Positions 25,065 through 32,000 of a DNA stretch of 32,000 nucleotides are shown here, piece by piece. The DNA comes from Ruminococcus albus 7 = DSM 20455. Lineage in GTDB: Bacteria; Bacillota; Clostridia; Oscillospirales; Ruminococcaceae. The number at the start of each line of letters is the position of its first letter. Position 1 is the first letter of the stretch. The stretch is taken from the NCBI RefSeq assembly GCF_000179635.2, contig NC_014833.1, positions 150,001 through 182,000 on the forward strand, written 5' to 3'. Under the pieces are notes generated by a model, which ran no database searches, had not been told where the DNA came from, and worked only from the letters and a program-made list of their open reading frames with translations. The position numbers and the translations under genes were made by a program.

Positions 25065-25470
25065 ATGAAAATGAGAGGGAAAAGACTCGGTCATACACTG
25101 AGACTGTTTTGCCTGATCGTTTTGCCTGATCGTTTTGGCTGCCGTGTCAGCGCTGTATATCGTCCCGGGAGCATATGCGTGGTTTTCAAATAATAAAGAT
25201 CGCGAACTCAACGTTACCGGAAATGTCAGAAGGACATATTTTGAAAGGGGCAGGGGCACAGCAGATGATCCGTATGTCATCGCACGTCCGCTGCAGCTGT
25301 ACTATCTTGCATGGCTTCAGGATATTGGCATATTCAATCAGGATATAGACAACGATGATACGATTGATACCGTCTACTTTGAACTTGGTAATATGAACGG
25401 TCAGGAAGCCAATGAGAATATGGTCATAGATATGAGCGGCTTTACGCTGCCGCCTATCGGAACAACGTAA
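25065..25470 (+). pseudogene. N-terminal segment of the giant secreted-protein gene (frameshifted by a 13-bp duplication, then TAA)
   Basis: ATG 25065 lies 8 nt after GGGAGG and gives MKMRGKRLGHTLRLFCLIVL. The duplication at 25107-25132 then shifts the frame. The main frame (track ORF 25135..25470) continues AAVSALYIVPGAYAWFSNNKD... up to TAA 25468-25470. Confidence 0.7.
25107..25132 (+). repeat. 13-bp perfect tandem duplication TTTTGCCTGATCG x2
   Basis: 25107-25119 equals 25120-25132. The next 5 nt (TTTTG) start a third partial copy. Confidence 0.9.
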
Positions 25471-25554
25471 TACCCGTTTGTCGGCAGCTTTAACGGCAAC
25501 GGCAGGACGATCAGCGGTCTGACGGTATCCAATGATGATACTGCGCTTTCAGAT

Positions 25555-28500
25555 ATGCCTTCGAGCATCACACCTGATTCGGCAACGACAAATGCACCAA
25601 TACTCGGGCTGTTCGGCGTGGTCGGGGGATATATCGATACCGATACTACCGGTTGGTCTGCCCCTGAAAGATCGGTGTATGATGTTGTACTTGAGGATAT
25701 CACCATAGACAATAAAGATCCTTTGGACGGACAGGCACTTGCAGGCATCGCGGCGGGATATGTTAACGGAGTGATGGAGAACGTTAAGGTGGAAGGAACT
25801 TCGACGATCACCAATGCATCCGGGATATCAGCTATGTCCTTCGGAAATGACGGAAATGAAACCAGAACTGCGCTCTCGGATCATGCGCTCGCAGGCTATT
25901 GCACAGAACCGTACCGCGAACTTATGAAACGTGAAGATGTTAAGGTATACGATCCCACTGTTGAGATAAGCAATCTTGCTAACTACAGTGAGATCGGACA
26001 GGGCAGCGCCTGGGGCAATACCATTGATATGAAGACGATGTATGACCGTCTGCTGGATATATATACCCCATTGGAAGATGACAACAGTGCACTTGCAAGA
26101 TATCCGTCTTCATTACTGGTGACGGTTGACAGGACTGGAGAAAGTGAAGTGCGTACAGAGGAGATACTTCAGCTTGGTGATGAAGTCCCCACTGTCGGCG
26201 GACAGCAGGTGCTAAATTACAATAACGACTTCTCTTCATACTCCTTTATAAGGCGTACAGATACACATGATTTCATGTATCTTTACGGCGCATCACAGCA
26301 GAGTGCGAACCGCACAGTAACTACAACTACACGATTTATTGAACGTGCTTTCCGTATACATCAGGATAGCAACTACCTGAGATTCGGCGGTACAGGCTTT
26401 ACGAATACCACAGCGGCTTCGGATGCAACGTGCTGGATTATAGACGGAAATGGCAGGATATATACTGTAGTGCAGAACGTTAACACATACACACGGTTTT
26501 TCCTTGTAAATGACGGAAATACCCTGGGGTACCGTGAAGTCGCAGCGAATGCGGTGATACCAAATACTGTAACTGAGTGGACGATCGACAGTACCTCTAT
26601 AAGCGATAACGGCTATTATCTTAACTATGACGGCACATGGAAACTGGTTCAGCAGGTAACTATCACTGATGCTCCCGAAAATGGTGACCCGCATTTTATG
26701 ACGGTGGAGAACGGTGCTGTACAGAACACCAATGATCCCACGGAAACCATAATGTGGAAAAAGACAGTCATAGATACCGTGAACAATAAAGTGCGTTTTA
26801 CACTTTCGTGCAAAAGCGGTAACAACACGTACTATCTTAATCAGGCCGATGGCGAGCTTGTGCTTACCACAAGTGCGGCTTCTCCGACACTATGGAGTTT
26901 CAAGGAGGCTGTAATAGGAAATCAGGCGGAAGACAATGAGCCTGCGAAGATCTATACAGTCATCGAGGGCGATGAAGAAGGCAACGGCTATGCGCTTTAC
27001 TACGATGAAGAGGAAGATAACTGGTTTCTTACCGATTTCCAGGAAACAGCATCGGGCTCGGGCATAGGCAACGAATGGGGCGTGTCCATACCGATGCAGG
27101 AGATGTACACGAATCTGAAGTACATCAAAGAACATTTCGCTACCGACTCACAATACGTTTCTTCGAAGACTATTGTAATTGACGATTCGACCGGAGAAAA
27201 GACTGAACGTGAAGAAGATCGTATATATTCCAACCTTGCAACAAGCACATACGGCAGTGAAACGACTAATCGTAGAACTTATGTTCAAAATGGCTTGGGA
27301 GAGTTTACCTTTACGCATCGTACTAATTTATCAGGTAATCCCTATCTGTATCTGACGGATGAAACCAATACCACAACAAACAGTGCAACCGTAAAATATG
27401 TACACTTGCTTGACGAGACACAGTCGGCACACTATATCAAGGTCGGCAGCAATTACCTTACGTTGAACAGCAACCATAATGGTTTTACCTCATCAGACGA
27501 AGCTGCGGCGACCAAGTGGGTCATTGACGGAAGCGGTCATATATATGTTGATGTGGAAGGCACGACCTCGGTTGAACGGCGGTATGTAAATGTTTCGGGC
27601 GGAATACTGACTGCAACAAATACAGCATCTACCACTTGGACATACGATGATGTCAACAACAGGTTATACTGTACATCTGGCGGAAATACTTACTATCTGG
27701 CATATGGCAACGGCTGGAAAGCTACTACACAGGAAGAACTGTATCATCTGACCAACGGTTCCGGCAGTTATCTGACAGTAGAAAACGGAAAGCTTGTGAC
27801 CACACAGACGCCCGATGTATGGACACCGACAGCAGGTGGCTACACCATTGAAAAGAACGGTACTCAATACAGTGTTGAAAGCAACGGTACACTGACGGGC
27901 GCTATGTTCATACATGACGGCAACAACTATATGACTAGCACACTTGCCAATACAACTGGTCAGAGCAATGCTTCAACATGGTATTTCAGTGGTTCGTCTT
28001 CCCCAATCTATACGGTCAGTGGAGGAACAACGCTCTACTTGAACAAAACGGGAAACAATACATTACAGGTTGGAACGAATAACAATCCTACTGTATGGAC
28101 GATAGACATGGAAAACAATGAGATAAGAAGCGGAGATTGGTATGTATTCCGCAGTGGAAATCAGTGGACACTGAAACGTAAGAATACCAATGTTATATCT
28201 GACGGGGGCACAAATTATGTACGTATTGATGCTAATGGAACTCCCGTTAATACAACAGATATTGATCAGGCTTCCGACTTTGTGCCAAGCAACAATGGCA
28301 GCACCCTTACAGTTTATGCAAATAATACAACTTATGTTTTTACGGTTGACGGAAATGGCAGGATACTTAGAGGCGATAAGATGCTGTATTTTGAAGGTGA
28401 TGACTGGAGATTAACAGAGCCAACTTATACAGTTATTACCGATGGAAATGGACACTATCTTAATTATAATGGAAGTGGGATTAATAATTCAAATGATCAA

Positions 28501-29706
28501 TATACAGCAACACATTGGATGACCCAAAACATTAACAATGGATTTACCATTTCAAATGGATCGGTTTATTTGCGTGGTTATCGTGAGGGCAGGAATTATG
28601 TAATTTATAACACATATACTTATAACTTAGGTACTAGAGACTCTGAATCTGATTCCAATACTGATACTACTACTTGGAATAATGATAATAATGGGCTTTA
28701 TGTTACTATTGCTAATACTAAATACTATTTAAATTATTCAAACTCAGGTTGGACGACACTTTCAGCTAATTCCGGAAACGCAGTCGTTCAAACCATTACC
28801 CCAACCAATAATGCCACACGGACGCCTATAACTTACTCGCCTGTTACCGCGTTTACTGCAAACACTATTGCCTACACAGCATCTGAAATAGGCGAAACAA
28901 CAGTAAAGATCGCTGACACAACATACCGTCCCTTCACAGTGACGATGGGTTCTGAGCCTGTGGGTCAGACGTATTTTCCGCTGCAGATAAATGTGGACAG
29001 CAGCAAGACAGGTGCGGACAGATTTTCTGTAAATCCGCTGAACACAGGTTATGTCATCAGTGGTCATCTTGATTCGACAAACGGCGGCGATATCCGTGTT
29101 TCGGAATATACCAAAAGTGATAATATCACGAAATCATTGAAAGATAACAACACTGCTCTTGATCCAACAAAGGTTCGCACATTCATGGGCGGTACCAACA
29201 GGACGCTTTCAGCTTACGGCTTAGATAATTTCGTCAAGTATGATGAAACCAGTACCAAATTCAACGAGACTATCAAAGGTGATAGCAGTGTTTATGGTCT
29301 GCATTTCATGGATGCAAGCATCAGTATCGACGATCTTGTGACAGCGCCTTCGGTAACGATCAATGAGACTGTATATGAAAATTATCAATTGCCAAAGGAC
29401 AGCATCGACTTCCGTCTGAAGGATAAGGGCTATATCAACTTCCTGGCAGGTACTTACTTTTCGGGCAACGACAGCTTTTTCTCCCTTCACAAGATCGAAC
29501 GAGATGCCGACAACAATATAACCTCCATCAAGGAGATAAAGGACATATACGGCACAGGCAAAAGACGTGACCCGTATATCTACAAATTCTCCAATAATGA
29601 CTATGAGAGCTGGGTATACTACAGGAGCGGTAATGTAAAGGAACACAATGTATACAACAGCATTTCGGAACTACCTGACGGCTATGAAAGTATCTTCAAC
29701 ACATAG
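25555..29706 (+). CDS. Central segment of the interrupted giant secreted protein (1383 aa as listed)
   Basis: This ORF is in the same frame as 25135..25470. Clearly coding sequence already starts at 25471 (YPFVGSFNGNGRTISGLTVS...), directly after the TAA. The segment is Thr/Asn/Gly/Tyr-rich with recurring W.IDG.G.IY and YYLN motifs. It ends at TAG 29704-29706, and coding homology continues beyond that stop. Confidence 0.7.
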   Translation: MPSSITPDSATTNAPILGLFGVVGGYIDTDTTGWSAPERSVYDVVLEDITIDNKDPLDGQALAGIAAGYVNGVMENVKVEGTSTITNASGISAMSFGNDGNETRTALSDHALAGYCTEPYRELMKREDVKVYDPTVEISNLANYSEIGQGSAWGNTIDMKTMYDRLLDIYTPLEDDNSALARYPSSLLVTVDRTGESEVRTEEILQLGDEVPTVGGQQVLNYNNDFSSYSFIRRTDTHDFMYLYGASQQSANRTVTTTTRFIERAFRIHQDSNYLRFGGTGFTNTTAASDATCWIIDGNGRIYTVVQNVNTYTRFFLVNDGNTLGYREVAANAVIPNTVTEWTIDSTSISDNGYYLNYDGTWKLVQQVTITDAPENGDPHFMTVENGAVQNTNDPTETIMWKKTVIDTVNNKVRFTLSCKSGNNTYYLNQADGELVLTTSAASPTLWSFKEAVIGNQAEDNEPAKIYTVIEGDEEGNGYALYYDEEEDNWFLTDFQETASGSGIGNEWGVSIPMQEMYTNLKYIKEHFATDSQYVSSKTIVIDDSTGEKTEREEDRIYSNLATSTYGSETTNRRTYVQNGLGEFTFTHRTNLSGNPYLYLTDETNTTTNSATVKYVHLLDETQSAHYIKVGSNYLTLNSNHNGFTSSDEAAATKWVIDGSGHIYVDVEGTTSVERRYVNVSGGILTATNTASTTWTYDDVNNRLYCTSGGNTYYLAYGNGWKATTQEELYHLTNGSGSYLTVENGKLVTTQTPDVWTPTAGGYTIEKNGTQYSVESNGTLTGAMFIHDGNNYMTSTLANTTGQSNASTWYFSGSSSPIYTVSGGTTLYLNKTGNNTLQVGTNNNPTVWTIDMENNEIRSGDWYVFRSGNQWTLKRKNTNVISDGGTNYVRIDANGTPVNTTDIDQASDFVPSNNGSTLTVYANNTTYVFTVDGNGRILRGDKMLYFEGDDWRLTEPTYTVITDGNGHYLNYNGSGINNSNDQYTATHWMTQNINNGFTISNGSVYLRGYREGRNYVIYNTYTYNLGTRDSESDSNTDTTTWNNDNNGLYVTIANTKYYLNYSNSGWTTLSANSGNAVVQTITPTNNATRTPITYSPVTAFTANTIAYTASEIGETTVKIADTTYRPFTVTMGSEPVGQTYFPLQINVDSSKTGADRFSVNPLNTGYVISGHLDSTNGGDIRVSEYTKSDNITKSLKDNNTALDPTKVRTFMGGTNRTLSAYGLDNFVKYDETSTKFNETIKGDSSVYGLHFMDASISIDDLVTAPSVTINETVYENYQLPKDSIDFRLKDKGYINFLAGTYFSGNDSFFSLHKIERDADNNITSIKEIKDIYGTGKRRDPYIYKFSNNDYESWVYYRSGNVKEHNVYNSISELPDGYESIFNT

Positions 29707-29883
29707 TGGATAAAGACACAGACACTGACTACCAAAGCCGTATACTACTTTGAGATACCAACAGATGCAGGCGAATACGCGCTGGGTTCGGTTGACGGTG
29801 GTACAGGTGCATATCTGCTGTATCTGGATATAGGCACAGGCGGCAGCGTTAAAGCACCCGAGGGCAACGCGAAGTTTTCGGAA

Positions 29884-31395
29884 GTGATACCTTCAGATGT
29901 AAGCAGAACGGAAACGACTCTTACATACGAAGAAACATCGACTGCGACGACCCCTGTTGTTATCAATTCGTATCCGACCTATTTCCCGTTGGCGATGAAT
30001 GCAAGCGGAACAAATGTATTAGATTCCAACACAGGTTATGTTGTCAGCGGTGCGAATTATCCGGGCAATGATCCGCCCGGTGATATACGTGTATCAAGAT
30101 ATGACCGTAATCCGTATATCAGTAATTCTCTGACAAACGGATCTCTTGACAGCAGCAAGATATTTACTATCGGCCTGAACGGTCAGCAGCAGACCCTGCG
30201 GCAGTACGGTACTGACAGATTCTACAAGTACCATACTGCAAGATCACAGCTGCAGGAAACGCTGGATGCTGGTGAAGGAAGCGTGTATGGTCTGCATTTC
30301 ATGGATGCTGAGATCAGCAAAGATCATCTGGTAACACTTCCCACGGCAACGTTAAACGGACAGACCTATACAAATTTCGCTGTTCCTGAGGATAGTATCG
30401 ACTTTACGCTGCGCACGCAGGGATACATTAACTTCTTTGCAGGTACGTATTTCAGCGGCTCCAATGTACAGAGCTTCTTCTCTCTGCATCAGATCTTCCG
30501 TAATGCACAGAATGAGATCACTGAGATCAAGGAGATCAAGGAGATATACAAGAATGCTGACGGAACATCATATACCTATCGGTATGACGGTGAAAGCGCA
30601 CCGTCAAGCGGAACGAAGGTCTTCGATACTGCATGGTTGACCGATCCAAGCAATATTACAGCAAACAGAGTATACTATTTCGAGATACCTGTCAACGAAG
30701 GCGAATACGCGCTGGGTTCAGTAGCGGGAAAGAATGGCGCATATTTACTGTATCTTGATATATCTACTCATCAAGGCGACTCCATACTCACACGTGAGAA
30801 AATGGAGATCATATCTTCGACTTATCTGCTGCCTGCAGGTATAAGATTCAGTGATGATGAGTACAAGTCGTATATCATACCCATAACACAGACAGGTGAT
30901 ACGGCGATCGTAAGCGAGAACGGCACCGTGACCTCTGTGCCCGAACTGGATGAAAACAGTACAGAGGAGACCAGACTCATCGAGACCGTTACAATTTCAG
31001 ACTACGCAGGAATGCTGGTCGTACAGCGTATTACAGAGGGCAGCACAGTGACCTACTATTACGGAACTGATACCGAACATCTGATACTATCCACAGCACT
31101 GGTATGCAGCGGATATTTCAGCGGTACCGAGCCCGATACCGAGCCCGATACAGTGATACTGCAGTACTACTATTATCCTGAGGGAACCAACACCGTTATG
31201 AATACCGCATCTGCAGAGTATGATATCGCAGATGATGTTACTGTAACTGCATACGATGTGACAGCTGCGGCAGACAGTGCTGCTGTTACAGCTTATGTAA
31301 CCGGATTTGACGGTGAAAAGTCTTATCTGACATTCCAAAGCCGAAATGGTCTTTCAGCAGGTGACAGTGTGATAATTACGGTGCGCTCTCCGTAA
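29884..31395 (+). CDS. C-terminal segment of the interrupted giant secreted protein
   Basis: Same frame as 25555..29706. The in-frame stretch 29707-29883 (WIKTQTLTTKAVYYFEIPTDAGEYALGSVDGGTGAYLLYLDIG...) is homologous to residues near the end of this segment (VYYFEIPVNEGEYALGSVAGKNGAYLLYLDIS), so the listed GTG start is an artefact. Confidence 0.7.
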   Translation: MIPSDVSRTETTLTYEETSTATTPVVINSYPTYFPLAMNASGTNVLDSNTGYVVSGANYPGNDPPGDIRVSRYDRNPYISNSLTNGSLDSSKIFTIGLNGQQQTLRQYGTDRFYKYHTARSQLQETLDAGEGSVYGLHFMDAEISKDHLVTLPTATLNGQTYTNFAVPEDSIDFTLRTQGYINFFAGTYFSGSNVQSFFSLHQIFRNAQNEITEIKEIKEIYKNADGTSYTYRYDGESAPSSGTKVFDTAWLTDPSNITANRVYYFEIPVNEGEYALGSVAGKNGAYLLYLDISTHQGDSILTREKMEIISSTYLLPAGIRFSDDEYKSYIIPITQTGDTAIVSENGTVTSVPELDENSTEETRLIETVTISDYAGMLVVQRITEGSTVTYYYGTDTEHLILSTALVCSGYFSGTEPDTEPDTVILQYYYYPEGTNTVMNTASAEYDIADDVTVTAYDVTAAADSAAVTAYVTGFDGEKSYLTFQSRNGLSAGDSVIITVRSP

Positions 31396-31587
31396 ACCAA
31401 AGCTGCCGCTTACACGGTAAAAATAAAGCCTCGACAGCATATATGCGATGCTGATACAGAAGGTTTTCACCATAGTATTTCTGATGTCCGGTCAGAAGTA
31501 CTATGGCGTTTCTGTTGACATGGCAGTAATACTGTGATATAATGTATGCAAATACAAATCGGATCCGCATAGAGAGGGGCTATAAAA

Positions 31588-32000
31588 ATGATATTATCAG
31601 ATAAGACGATTATCAAAATGCTTGATGAAAACTCATTGGTTATCAAGCCGGTCACAAAAGAGCAAATACAACCCGCAAGTGTGGATATACGGTTAGGTGA
31701 TACATTCAGCGTTGTTGATGACACACCGTCGGGAATAATTACTCTTGACAATAAGATAGAATATAAGACTATTAAAACTGACACCTACTTGATCTTACCC
31801 GGACAATTCGTTTTAGCAACAACCATGGAGTATTTTGAACTCCCGGATAACCTGACGGCATTTGTTGAAGGCAGAAGTTCTCTTGGCAGAATGGGATTGT
31901 TTATTCAAAATGCAGGATGGGTAGATCCCGGATTCAAAGGTGAGATAACATTAGAACTATATAATGCTAACAGATGTGCTATAGAACTTAAATGCGGCCG
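31588..32000 (+). CDS. dcd: dCTP deaminase (5' part, runs off the window)
   Basis: ATG 31588 gives [12 protein letters not shown]...PASVDIRLG...[32 protein letters not shown], the canonical Dcd motifs. No stop codon occurs before position 32000. Confidence 0.9.
   Translation, partial: MILSDKTIIKMLDENSLVIKPVTKEQIQPASVDIRLGDTFSVVDDTPSGIITLDNKIEYKTIKTDTYLILPGQFVLATTMEYFELPDNLTAFVEGRSSLGRMGLFIQNAGWVDPGFKGEITLELYNANRCAIELKCG

Overview
Low-GC (about 40%) Clostridia-type chromosomal segment, mostly accessory DNA. No database search was possible, so all family calls rest on motifs read by eye.

Contents, left to right:
- A non-coding region with a TTTCAACA octamer cluster, a PRTase-fold gene, and an alpha/beta-type SASP (spore protein) gene.
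- Two tandem paralogous DUF285/BspA-type leucine-rich-repeat surface-protein genes on the minus strand. They are separated by a 3.0-kb IS66-family element with perfect 17-bp inverted repeats, tnpA-tnpB-tnpC and a fourth ORF. Its tnpC is broken by two homopolymer frameshifts. The element truncates the upstream paralogue and has no target-site duplication.
- A patchwork of gene fragments: a DUF3592-like gene with an in-frame TAA, a solitary type I-E-like CRISPR repeat, a Cas3-HD-like fragment, a 40-codon serine-recombinase stub, an intact GNAT acetyltransferase, and an orphan 43-nt 3' end of a second SASP gene.
- The main item: a radical-SAM RiPP gene cluster of about 12.4 kb. It encodes a LytTR response regulator, an AgrC-type histidine kinase carrying an in-frame TGA, two rSAM/SPASM maturases, seven tandem 55-59-codon precursor genes, an intracellular S8 peptidase, an ABC exporter and a MacB/FtsX-type ABC pair. 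The seven precursor genes are missing from the supplied ORF track, apparently because of their small size (no entry in the track is shorter than 60 aa); the track shows only their antisense shadows.
- A two-gene locus for secreted proteins with TasA/SipW-type N-termini. The second gene is a reading frame of about 2,100 codons broken by a 13-bp tandem duplication plus in-frame TAA and TAG codons.
- The 5' part of dcd (dCTP deaminase), running off the window end.
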